This document shows, one piece after another, positions 38,771 to 50,776 of a stretch of 64,000 bases of DNA; position 1 is the first letter of the stretch, and each line of letters opens with the position of its first letter. This stretch comes from Chiloscyllium plagiosum. Taxonomy: Eukaryota. The stretch is taken from NCBI RefSeq assembly GCF_004010195.1, contig NC_057750.1:17234341-17298340 (forward strand), read 5' to 3'. Below the pieces are notes generated by a model that saw nothing but the letters and a program-made list of their open reading frames with translations, did not search any database and had not been told where the DNA came from. The position numbers were made by a program, and so were the translations under genes.

Positions 38771-41204
38771 AATAATCTGTCCTGTTGTCTCTCTCTCTTT
38801 AACACATTGGTTGTTGGCCAACAAAACTGACATTCTGAAGCACCTTGTGCTACATAAAAGTGTTAGATAAATGCAAGTTGTTGTACCCTTCTACCTTCCG
38901 CCCCTTCTTTAGCTGCTTCCCATTCACTTGCTTTGTTTCTCCTTCTCTTGCAATTATCTTTTATCTGATATTCTTTTCACACTATCGCTTTCCCTATTCT
39001 TTTATTTCTGAGTGCTTATTCATTTTGAGGTTGAAAAATGGACCTAATCGGTTTTCAGGAATCAGTTTTCTGCATTGGGGTAGAACATGAATGCTTTTGA
39101 CCAAGCTTGTCCAGGGCACTGCAATATTCATATATATGCCCCTGTTCCTACTCATTTCCAGCGTTTGTTTCCCATTAGTGCTCAGTCAAGCAATGCATTC
39201 ATTTCAGAACTCTCAAATCTCTTCATGGTGTCACTTCTCTCTATCTCTGTAACTGCATCCAACTTCTTCCTGAAATCGCTGCCCTCACCCAGTTCTGGTC
39301 TATTGTATGTCACTGCCCTCACCCAGTTCTGGTCTATTGTATGTCACTGATGTCCTCCACCCCGAAGCTCTGGAGTTTGCTCCAGAAATATCTCCGCTTT
39401 CTACCCCTGTCTTCGTCTGGATGGCATTTTGTGAATGTGTTTTTGGTTACCTGTTCTGAAGCTTCTGTATGTGGGCTGATGATAGTTCCATGAGGTGCTC
39501 TGCATTGTATTCCCTAGTTAACAGCGCTATATAAATGCACAGTGTTGTTGTTGTTGAATGTATGATCTTTAGAAGCTGAACACCTTATGGTGTCTTACTA
39601 TTGGATTTAAATGTCACCATTTCTCCCAAAGTAAACCAACAGTGGTACTGCATTGCTGCTATGGATAGGGAAGGGGACATTCCTCACCTACATGCCTGTC
39701 ATGCGTATGTCAGTTCCTTGCAAGAACAGTTCAGTTGGTTTCTTCTCTTTCCTCATTGCCTAGCATGTGTTTCTTCACTGTTTCAAATGTTTATTTAATT
39801 TCCTTTTGAAAGTTGTTATTGTGTCAGTTTCCACCCCATGATGTCCTTGGGGCAAGTAAATGCCTCTGTGACTCTGCTTGTACATGATTTATGAAACATG
39901 GTTTTTGTCGTATGAACCGTGATGAAAATCTCACACCAGGATTTGTCTGCTGTTGACAATTCTTTTGTGACTTATCAGGCATTGAAATATCATTGAACCA
40001 ATGAGTGGCAGTGTTGCTCAGCAAGAAAGCCAATCATGAATCCAAGCGGCTGACGCAGCTAATGAATATTAACCAGTTCCATATAAAAAATTAATAACGG
40101 TCCATTAGTAACAGTCTAGCAGGCTTTCAGAGGCGGATTGCTCTGAATAGCAATGAGCTGCTTTGAAGGGCTGTGAAAGAAACAGCTCCATGTTAACAGC
40201 CAAGTCAACAAGCTTTCTGCAGCTCACAGCCAATTGGCTATGTCGCCTGAATTCTGAGCAAGGAGTCTCCCATCTGACTTGAAGGCCTGAATTTCAATGA
40301 GCTTTTTATTGGACAAATGCCATTTGCAGAATCATTTCCTGAGAGTTGCAAAGTCAGTGACCGCAGTTTACCGTAGCTCAAGATGAGCAAAGCAGAATTG
40401 ATGACCAATGGTGTAGATTTTAAGGATGCTATTGTAAAGAAAGAACTTGCATTTATATAGAGTTTTTTGGGTGCCTAAAAGTATGTTACATCATACAAGA
40501 AATCACTGCTGTATTGTGGAAGGAAGAGCAGCTGAGTTGTGCATAGGAAGCTCCCGCAAACAGTAAAGCAGCAGTGACCAGATAATCTGTTTTAGTGACT
40601 TTGGTCAGGGCACTGGAGGAATCTCCACCACTTTGCCTTAAAATGCAGCAATACCATTAGGTCTCATATGCAATGTTTCCTCTAATTTTTGTTTTCCTGC
40701 TGTGTGAATCTTTGACCTTGGTGTGTGGCAGCAGAAGATAATACACAACACACCAACCAGCATGTCCTGGACCTCCCAGTGCCTACAGACAGATGACCAC
40801 AACCTCCCAGCCCAACGAGATTCGATATCTCTTGAAAGGCAGCAGCTTGAACATTGTGGCTGTCACTTTATTAATATAGTGGAGCATCAGTATCTGGTTG
40901 GAGGCTTGATATTCCCACCAGTCACAGATGAGAGTATAGCCCACTGAGACACAGGCCGACTTGTTGGTGTGGGCCTACAAAACAAGGCAAATAGTTTGAC
41001 AGGGCCAGCTACAGGATTCTCTTCTGTCAATAGTGTGGCAAAGGAAGCAGAGGTAGATGGTGGGAAAAGGTCAGTGCAAACAGGGCCATGAGTAATTTGG
41101 AGGGATATCATTAAAAGTGGGGTGAATGTTCTGGAGGACATCAATGCAAGCCCAAGACACCGTAAAGTAGGCTCATCCCCACAGCATAGAGAGAGTTGGA
41201 TCCA

Positions 41205-42900
41205 GTTTGGAGATCTCGGGCTGTAGTTTAGGACAATGCAGATTGGAGATCTCCTCGGGCTGCAGTTTAGGACAATGCAGATTGGAGATCTCCTCGGGCT
41301 GTAGTTTAGGACAATGCAGATTGGAGATCTCGGGTTGTAGTTTAGGACAATGCAGTTTGGAGATCTCCTCGGGCTGTAGTTTAGGACAATGCAGATTGGA
41401 GATCTCCTCGGGCTGTAGTTTAGGACAGTGCCGATTGGAGATATCCTCGGGCTGTAGTTTAGGACAATGCAGATTGGAGATATCCTTGGGCTGTAGTTTA
41501 GGACAATGCAGATTGGTGATCTCCTCGGGCTGTAGTTTAGGACAATGCAAATTGGAGATCTCCTCGGGCTGTAGTTTAGGACAATGCAGATTGGAGATCT
41601 CCTCGGGCTGTAGTTTCGGACAATGCAGATTGGAGATCTCCTCGGGCTGTAGTTTAGGACAATGCAGATTGGAGACCTCCTCGGGCTGTAGTTTAGGACA
41701 ATGCAGATTGGAGACCTCCTCGGGCTGTAGTTTAGGACAATGCAGATTGGAGACCTCCTCGGGCTGTAGTTTAGGACAATGCAGATTGGAGACCTCCTCG
41801 GGCTGTAGTTTAGGACAATGCAGATTGGAGACCTCCTCGGGCTGTAGTTTAGGACAATGCAGATTGGAGACCTCCTCGGGCTGTAGTTTAGGACAATGCA
41901 GATTGGAGACCTCCTCGGGCTGTAGTTTAGGACAATGCAGATTGGAGACCTCCTCGGGCTGTAGTTTAGGACAATGCAGATTGGAGACCTCCTCGGGCTG
42001 TAGTTTAGGACAATGCAGATTGGAGACCTCCTCGGGCTGTAGTTTAGGACAATGCAGATTGGAGACCTCCTCGGGCTGTAGTTTAGGACAATGCAGATTG
42101 GAGATATCCTCGGGCTGTAGTTTAGGACAATGCAGATTGGAGATATCCTCGGGCTGTAGTTTAGGACAATGCAGATTGGAGATATCCTCGGGCTGTAGTT
42201 TAGGACAATGCAGATTGGAGATATCCTCGGGCTGTAGTTTAGGACAATGCAGATTGGAGATCTCCTCGGGCTGTAGTTTAGGACAATGCAGATTGGAGAT
42301 ATCCTCGGGCTGTAGTTTAGGACAATGCAGATTGGAGATATCCTCGGGCTGTAGTTTAGGACAATGCAGATTGGAGATATCCTCGGGCTGTAGTTTAGGA
42401 CAATGCAGATTGGAGATATCCTCGGGCTGTAGTTTAGGACAATGCAGATTGGAGATATCCTCGGGCTGTAGTTTAGGACAATGCAGATTGGAGATATCCT
42501 CGGGCTGTAGTTTAGGACAATGCAGATTGGAGATATCCTCGGGCTGTAGTTTAGGACAATGCAGATTGGAGATATCCTCGGGCTGTAGTTTAGGACAATG
42601 CAGATTGGAGATATCCTCGGGCTGTAGTTTAGGACAATGCAGATTGGAGATATCCTCGGGCTGTAGTTTAGGACAATGCAGATTGGAGATATCCTCGGGC
42701 TGTAGTTTAGGACAATGCAGATTGGAGATCTCCTCGGGCTGTAGTTTAGGACAATGCAGATTGGAGATCTCCATGGGCTGTAGTTAGTGACAATGCAGAT
42801 TGGAGATCTCCTCGGGCTGTAGTTAGTGACAATGCAGATTGGAGATCTCCATGGGCTGTAGTTAGTGACAATGCAGATTGGTGATCTCCTAGGGCTGTCG
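41205..42900. repeat. 39-bp minisatellite, about 43 copies
   Basis: Unit CTCGGGCTGTAGTTTAGGACAATGCAGATTGGAGA(TC/CC/TA)TC, giving 13-aa periodicity in the three long ORFs. Confidence 0.98.
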
Positions 42901-43819
42901 TTAGTGCAGGCATTTCCTGTGCCCAACAAAAACTCTGGGAACATACTCCAAAGACCTATGTTATGGTTGCTCTTTCCTTGGTGATCAAGTTATATTGGAA
43001 TGTGGCATATCTTCCTATGCCCATTCCAATATTTTCTCTATGTCTTCCCTATAAAACACCTTTGTTATTTTAAATACTTGTTTAAATACTTATTTTAAAT
43101 ACTCCTTTTCAAGTAAATAATGCCTACGATTGTTCAGGTGACCTTGACACACGTGAACAAGAAGCAAGAATAAGTCATTCTGCCCCTTGAACCTTCAATG
43201 CTGTTTAATAAGATCATCGTGAATCTGACTGTTACCTCGAATCCACATTCCCATTTACCCTCATGACCTTTCACCTTCTTACTTTAAAAAAACTGTCCAG
43301 CTCTTGCTTGAAAATATTCAAAGACTTTGCTTCCACCACCTTTTTAGGGAAACAGTTCCAAAGATTTATGAATGTCTGAGAGAAAGAATATTTAACTCTA
43401 CCTCTGTTTTAAACGGTCAATCCTTGATATCTAAATGGTGAACCCCAAGTTCCACAAAAGGACACATTCTTTTCACATCTACCTTTCAAGGTAAACCTCA
43501 GGATCTTACATGTTTCAATCAAGTCACCTCTTGTTCTTCTGAACCCCAGCAGTTACAAGCCTAGCCTATCTAAACTTCACCCTGTACCCAAATTTTCATG
43601 GACCCAATTGGAAGTAGAGCTAAGCAAAGGCCTTGTCAGCTCTGCCAGAAGCTCAATTAGGACCTACTGCAAAAACTTAGGCATTTGAGAGCGACCTTGA
43701 CACCTTGCAGGTTTTCACATGAAACCCAATCTTCCAGGGCCCAGGATATCATTCAGTTTGATTCATTACAGTCACAACACAGACTGCTGCAGTTGCAGAC
43801 AGCAGCTCACCAGCACCTT

Positions 43820-43877
43820 TTTTTTAGATTAGATTACAGTGTGGAAACAGGCCCTTCGGCCCAACAAGTCCACACCG
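43820..43877 (-). mobile_element. Heavily truncated HE1/HER1 3' end flanked by a 67-bp direct repeat
   Basis: TTAGATTAGATTACAGTGTGGAAACAGGCCCTTCGGCCCAACAAGTCCACACCG. Flanks 43753-43819 and 43878-43944 are identical. Confidence 0.85.
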
Positions 43878-44688
43878 TCAGTTTGATTCATTACAGTCAC
43901 AACACAGACTGCTGCAGTTGCAGACAGCAGCTCACCAGCACCTTCTGAAAGGTAATTAGTGATAGGCAATAAATGCCAGTGACACGCACACTGTGTGAAT
44001 GAATTAAAAAAGAAATCCCTATGACTAAAATTATTGCAGCACAGGTTAACAACCAGTCACCTCCAGACAGGGCTCCATTAAAGCAAAAGTATTAACCAGT
44101 CAAATTACGAGTGATTAAATCCGAACATAAGAAGGACATGGTGAAAGTCATCCTCTTTCTCATCCTCTTTTACTGGCAATCAAGGCTGGATATGAACCCA
44201 GGAACCCAAAATAAAAGCGTACTATATCCAACTACTTGACTATCCCATTCTCCAAAATGCTTGGAAACAAAATGATTGTAGCACCACGCTAACTTTTATG
44301 TTTCATCTGCTCAAGTGTAATCCTTGACACACTTGTGCTGTTTGTCAATCTTGACCAGAGACAGTCTTGCCCAATAATAATAATAGTAGTGTTTATCAAT
44401 TAGTTGAAATTAAAAACAGATAATGCTGGAAAATCTAGGCAGGTCTGGCAGCATCTGTGGGTAGAGGAGTAGAGTTAACATCTTGGCTCCAATATGACTC
44501 TTCTTCAGAACTGCAGGAAGCTGGGAAACGGACATGGGTTAGTTGAGGCTGATATGTAATCTGTGTTTAGATGTGAGACAAGGATTCAATTTAGAGAATT
44601 GACAAGATGCTCCTGTTTAACAAAATCCAATAGTATTTCCCTAAACCTACTTTGTGAACACATTGGTCTCAACATTATCAACCTACAT

Positions 44689-45008
44689 GGGGCAGCACGG
44701 TAGCTCAGTGGTTAGCACTGCTGCCTCACAGCACCAGGGTCCCAGGTTCAATTCCAGCCTCGGGTGACTCTCTGTGAGGAGTTTGCACATTCCCCCCGTG
44801 TCTCCGTGGGTTTCCTCTGGGTGCTGTGGTTTCCTCCCACAGTCCAAAGATGTGCAGGTCAGGTGAATTGGCCATGCTAAATTGCCCGTTGTGTTGGGTG
44901 CATTAATCAGAGGGAAATGGGACTGGGTGGGTTTCTCTTCGGAGGGTCAGTGTGGACTTGTTGGGCCGAAGGGCCTGTTTCCTCACTGTAGGGAATCTAA
45001 CCTAATCT
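44689..45008 (+). mobile_element. Full-length HE1-type tRNA-derived SINE
   Basis: A box TAGCTCAGTGG, B box GGTTCAATTCC and an AATCTA-repeat tail. Confidence 0.9.
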
Positions 45009-46889
45009 ACTGTCCTAAACAGAAGAAAAAAGAAGGCCCTAATTTGTCATGTATGTGACGGCTTCCATTTTTACAGCAATGTGGGCTTTGATCTCTCAAT
45101 GTTCTCCATGAAGCTCACTTCATTCATACATTTAATTGGGTTCCCTGAGCTCAGCTCCCAGTGATCTCTGGTAGCAGTGTCAAATATTCCAGGAATATAC
45201 TGGGTTTGATCCTGGTCTTTACTACTCTCAGCCACAGTAATGGTCAGAGAACTGTACTTAACTTCATCTCCCTTCAATAGGAAAGTAAAATAATTAAACC
45301 GTTATTCTTTCTCCTCATTACTCTCTCATTCACCAGACTGGTTCCTGGTTCTGCATCTCAATCTGGATCCAAGCCAGTCAGTGAGACAGGAAAACCAAGA
45401 CACCGTCCTTTGTGGATAGAGTTTATTAACTACTCAGCCTTACAGCTCTTTCCTCCCCCTAGTGTTACAGGTTCAAATATTTTTAATCAGCCTACCCAGG
45501 CGCAGCTTTTCCCATTATTTGTAGTTGCACATCCTGGAAGGAATGTTTCTGCCCCAAGATCCGATGGGACATCACCAGCAGATCTCTACAACATGGTGTA
45601 TAGTCCACGTGTGAAGGAATGTGTCAAAACAGCACCTTGAAACAATGGATGCGATTCTGAGTTTTGAACTGACCAAATAAGTGGGGTTTTTTTTGCTCAC
45701 AGCAGACAGCCATTTTGAAGCAGATATGGGCCAGAGATTCTATGAGATGGGCTATTCTAATGTGCGGCCAGTTCTCTGAGCTAGGGCTGGAACAGTGTGG
45801 ATCGGATTCTCGGACCCACATTCCAACCTCCTACATTGGGAGGATTGGATCAGAGAATCACTACCAGTGATTCTGCTGCTCCCCGTGGCAGCAGGGAAGG
45901 ATTAATCAGAGCTTGATGAAGTTACAACGGTGGCAATGCAGATTCTTACACTGCAGCATGTCGCCTGCATGAAATGACAATTCTTCCTTGTTATTGGTTG
46001 TGCAGTTAAAAACTAAATGCTGGTGGAAGGTGGAGACAAAGGGAAAAAGGGATAGTATCGTGGTAGGGACAGGGCCAAAAGGAAAGAATAATGGGGAGTG
46101 AGTGGGATGTGCTGACTCTGGTTTGCTTCTTGTGATATTCTGGGATTGCTGTGTAGTTTCTTTTGAACACGTAATATCCTTTCGCTGTCTTTAAAGTTAT
46201 TAAAGGGGCAGATTGGCAATGTCTTCCACAGTCTCAGGAGGGTCATGGGGCTGCGTGTAATGGGAGAGTGAAAAGGGATGCAGGAAAGATTGGGTGAGGT
46301 TTGACCTTGAGGATGGAGGAGGGTTTCAAGATGGGAGCCTGCAGTGTGTGACAGGGAGGCGGATAATTAATGCTGACAGCTCTTGGCTGTGGCTGTGTGG
46401 TTGTTAGAGTTGATAAAAGCAAAAATAAAACACCCACCGTTTGGTTTGAATGAGTGGGTTTTTTTAAATAAGATCCCAGAGGGGAAGAAGGAGGATTAAA
46501 CCGAACAACAGAAACAAGGGTCAATATTATATTTATGTTAGCTCAGAGAAAAAGAATTGCATTCAGCTCAACCTGCACAATACTGTGATTCCGATAAAAA
46601 CACGGTGACTGATTTCGACACATGATGCAGCATGCTAATATGAAGATACTGAATTTCTATCTATATAAAGCACTCTAATATAATCTCGCCCGTGTGCGGT
46701 GACCTCTACAATACATATATTGATTGTCTTCTCAATTTATGTATAAAGACACTTATCTTTACAAGATTTGGTGTCTGTGACTTCTATTTGACCTCTAACT
46801 GAAATGGTAATTTCTTTAAGGTAAAGAACTCATGATTTTGCTTTAATTCAGAGTTGGTTTCTTTGCAGCAAATGTATGACATGATCTGT

Positions 46890-47185
46890 CCTGACAGTTC
46901 AGGAAGAGGCCCATTTGGCCCATTGAGTCTGCACCAGCTCTATAAAAAGCATCCCACCCAGACTCTTCCCCCATAACCCTGCATTTCCCATGGCTAATCC
47001 ACATAATCTGCACATCCCTGAGCACTATGGGCAATTCAGCATGGCCAATCCACCTAACCTGAACATCATTGGGACTGTGGGAGGAAACCAGAGCACCTGG
47101 AGAAAACCCATGCAGACATGGGGAGAACATGCAAACTCCACACAGTAGGCCGAGGTTGGAAACTAACCACTATGCCACCATGCCT
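46890..47185 (-). mobile_element. HE1-type SINE (internally deleted)
   Basis: GCATGGCCAATCCACCTAACCTG and GCAAACTCCACACAG core. Confidence 0.8.
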
Positions 47186-47464
47186 GTGATTTGCGTCAAA
47201 TAAATTAAAGAATAACTTTGAATTTGGCAACATCGCTATTATAAGATTCCTTTCTTTAGTTTGAACTTCCTCCATTTCCATTTTCCTTGCGTTGCCTGTA
47301 ATCTCCCCAGCCTTACAATCTTGCAATACCTTTGCAACCCTCCAGTGCTGGCCTGTTCTGCATTCCAGATTAAAAATGCTCCACCACTGGGGGCTGTAGC
47401 ATCAGCTGCTGAGGCCTAAGCTCTGGACCTCCCTCACTATTCCAGTAGTTCCCAAATCTTTTCC

Positions 47465-48110
47465 CACCAGCAAATTGGATACACAATTGGCTTGATGGCA
47501 TACTGACCTTCATCAGTCAGGGCATTGAGTATTGAAATTGGGAAGTTATGTTGCGGTTGTACAGAATGTTGGTGAGGCCGCACTTGGAATATTGTATCCA
47601 ATGTTGGTCACCTTGCTGTAGGAAGGATGTTATGAAACTGGAAAGAGTGGAGACAAATTTACAGGGTTGTTGCCTGGAGTCAACATTCTGAGTTATAGGA
47701 AGAGGTTGAACAAGCTAGGAGTTTTTTCTTTAGAGTGTAGGAGACTGAGGGGGGAAGTGTATAAGATCATGAGAGGCACGGATGGGGTGAATGAACTCGG
47801 TCCTTTACCCAGGGTTGAGGAATCGTGGACTAGAGGACATCAGTTTAAGGTTGGGGAAAGAATAAGAGGAAGCCTGAGGGGCAACTTTTTTACACAGAGG
47901 GTGGTACACGTACGGAATGAGCTGCCAGCAGAAGTTGGTGAAGTGGGTAAATTAACATCTTTTAAAAGGCATTTGGACAAATATATGGATAGGAAAGTTT
48001 TAGAAGGATAAGGGAAATGGTGATAGCATAGGTGGACATGTTGGTCGGCATGGACCAGTTTGGGCCAAAGGGTCTGTCTCTGTGCTGTAGGACTCTATGA
48101 CTCTATGACA
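47465..48110 (+). mobile_element. CR1 3' fragment
   Basis: GNFFTQRVVHVRNELP..FKRHLDKYM and the (GACTCTAT)n tail. Confidence 0.88.
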
Positions 48111-48409
48111 CTGTGGCCCATATCAAGACTTGAAAGTTGTTACACTCTCTTAGTGAGAACCATAATAGTGCAGTAATGGGCTGTGGGTCTTGGGTAGGAG
48201 GCTTTGGGAATGGCATAGGGCACTACGGGAAAGGAGTAGGAGGTTGTGAGAGAGGAGTAGGGGTTGTGGGGATGGTATGGGGACTGGAATTGATGCTCAA
48301 TGACAGGCATGTGTATCATTTATAACTCTGATGGCCAGAAAGACTCTTCAAAATGGTACGATCATTACACCCCAGTCAGCAATTGCATTGTTGGACTGCT
48401 GGTATTGAA

Positions 48410-49530
48410 GAGGTACTGTTGGACAGTGCAGAGGGAGTACTGCACAGTTGGAGGGTCAACGCTGAGAGAGTGCTGCATTGTTGAAAGGTCAATGCTGACG
48501 TTGTGCTGCATTATTAGAGGGTCAGTGCTGAGAGTATGCTGCATTGTTGGAGGGTAAGATGTGATGATGTGCTACATTGGTGTAAGGTCATTGTTGAGGG
48601 TGTGCTGCATTATTGGAGGGTAACACAAGTGGATAAGGTGGTAAAGAAGGCATATGGCATGTCTACAACCAATGTTTGAGGCATGGAGTATAAAGGTTGG
48701 CAAGTTATGCTGCAACTACATAAGCCTTTGGTTAGGCCACATTTGGAGTGCTGTGTGCAGTTCTGGGTGCCGCACTTTAGGAAGAATATAGAAGCTCTGG
48801 AGAGAGTGCGGAAGATGTTTACTGAGGTGCTACCTGGATTGGAATATATTAGCTATAAGGAGAGGTTGGACAAACATGGATTGTTTTCACTAAAGTGTCA
48901 GTGGCTGAGGGGCGAGCTGATAGAAGCATATAACATTATGAAAGACATGGATAGGGTGGATAGTCGGAGTCATTTTCCCAGGGTGGACATATCAAAATAC
49001 TAGGCAACAAAGGTTTCATGTGAGAGGGGGAAAGTTTAAAGGAGATGTGTAAGGAAAGACTTTTTTATACTGAGGGTAGTATGTTCCTGCAATGTGTTGC
49101 TAAAGGAGGAGATGGTGGAAGCAGATATGATAGAAAAGTTTAGGAGGCATTTAGACAAACAAACGAACAGGCAGAGAATGGAGAGATATGGACCATGCAG
49201 GCAGTTGGGATTGGTTTAGAATAGCATCATGGTTGGCACAAACATGGTGGGCTGAATGGCCTGTTCCTGTGATGTACTGTCTGTGTCCTATGTTCCATAT
49301 CAGTGCTGAGAGTGTACCCTGCATTGGTGGAGGGTCAGTGGTGAGGGAGTGCTGCACTGGTTGTGTGCTGTATTGTTGAAGAGTCCGTATTGTGCATGTA
49401 CTGCATTGTTGGAGAATCAGAATTGAGAATGTACTGCATTGTTGAAGGGTCAGTACTGAGGGTGTGATGCATTTTTCAAGGGTCATTGTTGGAGGAGTAA
49501 GGGAGTGTGTTGGATGATCAACTGCAATCA
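48410..49530 (+). repeat. Degenerate satellite (roughly 33-bp unit GAGGGTCAGTGCTGAGAGAGTGCTGCATTGTTG), split by a CR1 fragment at 48625-49297
   Basis: Repeated GTGCTGCATTGTTG/GGGTCAGT units lie on both sides of the CR1 piece (VRPHLECCVQFW). Confidence 0.75.
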
Positions 49531-49574
49531 TATCGAATGTGGAGCGGGCTTGAAGGGCTGAAAGGAATAGGGCA

Positions 49575-49910
49575 AGGCAATGGCCTGGTGGTCTTACCAC
49601 TGGACTGTTAATCCAGCGACCCAGGTAATGTTCTGGGGACTCACTATGACAGATGGTGGAATTTGAATTCAATATAAATCTGGAATTAAGAGACGAACGA
49701 TGACCACAAAGCCATTGTTGATTGTCAGGAAAAGAACCCTGGTTCACTGATGCCCTTTAGGAAAGGAAACTGCCACCCTTATCTGGTCTGGCCTACATGT
49801 GACTCCAGACCCACAGCAATGTGGCTGTCTCTCAACTACCTTCTGGGTAATTAGGGATGGGCAATAAACACTGGCCTAGCCAGCAACACCCTCATCCCAT
49901 GAATAAATAA
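49575..49910 (+). mobile_element. tRNA-derived SINE sharing a CR1-like 3' tail
   Basis: TGGCCTGGTGG head. The GGGATGGGCAATAAA...GAATAAAT tail is shared with the 20810-21845 family. Confidence 0.7.
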
Positions 49911-50648
49911 GGAAAAAGAGATGGCTTTCTCCTGCTCCTGTATTCCATGTTTCTTTTGCTGACGGTGTATTGCTTCCTAAAGTTGGAGGGTCAGTGCTGA
50001 GGAAGCGCTACATTGTTAGAAATACTGTTTGTGGAAGAGATATTAAACGTGAGGTAAATATGTTTGCTTATGTGAATAGGAAAGCTCTCATGAAATTATT
50101 TCGAAGAGGTGATGGGGAGTTCTTCCAGTTATATATTTATTGTTCAATCAGAGTCAAGTAGCCTGCATTCATTAGTTCCCCATTCACCATCTTCAACATT
50201 TACTCTCTCCACCATCGGTGATCAGTAGCAGCAGTGTATAGCATCTACAAGATGCACTGCAGAAACTCACCAGTGCTCCCTCGAAAGCAAATTCCAAACC
50301 CATGACCATTTCTATCTAGAAGGGCAAGGGCGGCAGATACATGAGAACACCGCTACCTGCAAGTTCCCTCCACCTCACCATTCTGACTTGGAACTGTATC
50401 ACCGATTGTTCAATGTTTTGAGGTCAAAATCCTCAAATTCTCTCCCTGACGCTTGTGGGTCCAGCTACACCACATGGACTGCAGCGGTTTAAGAAGACAG
50501 CTCACAGGGCAATTAAGAACGGGCAATAAATGTTGCACAGACAGTGACCCATGACGTGAATGAATAGCAAAAAAATTCACAAAAACAGATGAACTGATCA
50601 TGGCTGTTAATGGGATGTTGCCGTGTGCGCATTAGCTGCTGTTTCTTA

Positions 50649-50776
50649 CTGAAGAAGGGCTTATGCCCGAAACGTCGATTCTCCTGCTCCTTTGATGCTG
50701 CCTGACCTGCTGCGCTTTTCCAGCAACACATTTTTCAGCTCTGATCTCCAGCATCTGCAGTCCTCACTTTCTCCTA
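50649..50776 (+). mobile_element. Penelope family A terminal fragment with hammerhead core and 10-bp TSD
   Basis: CTGAAGA-A-GGGC-TTAT-GCCC-GAAACGTC at 50649-50676. GTTTCTTACT occurs at 50641-50650 and 50777-50786. Confidence 0.85.

Noticed and set aside
41205..42900. CRISPR-like or phage-like array
   Set aside because: Head-to-tail units without unique spacers, vertebrate context and no cas genes. The same applies to 56638-56962 and 35827-35909.
40887..42944. Three long ORFs (685, 533 and 526 aa) with Cys-rich 13-aa repeats
   Set aside because: They arise because the 39-bp unit is a multiple of 3 and lacks stops in three frames on both strands. There is no unique domain, and they lie in a SNAP25 intron.
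44689..44765. tRNA gene
   Set aside because: The A and B boxes continue into a SINE body and tail, so this is a tRNA-derived SINE head.
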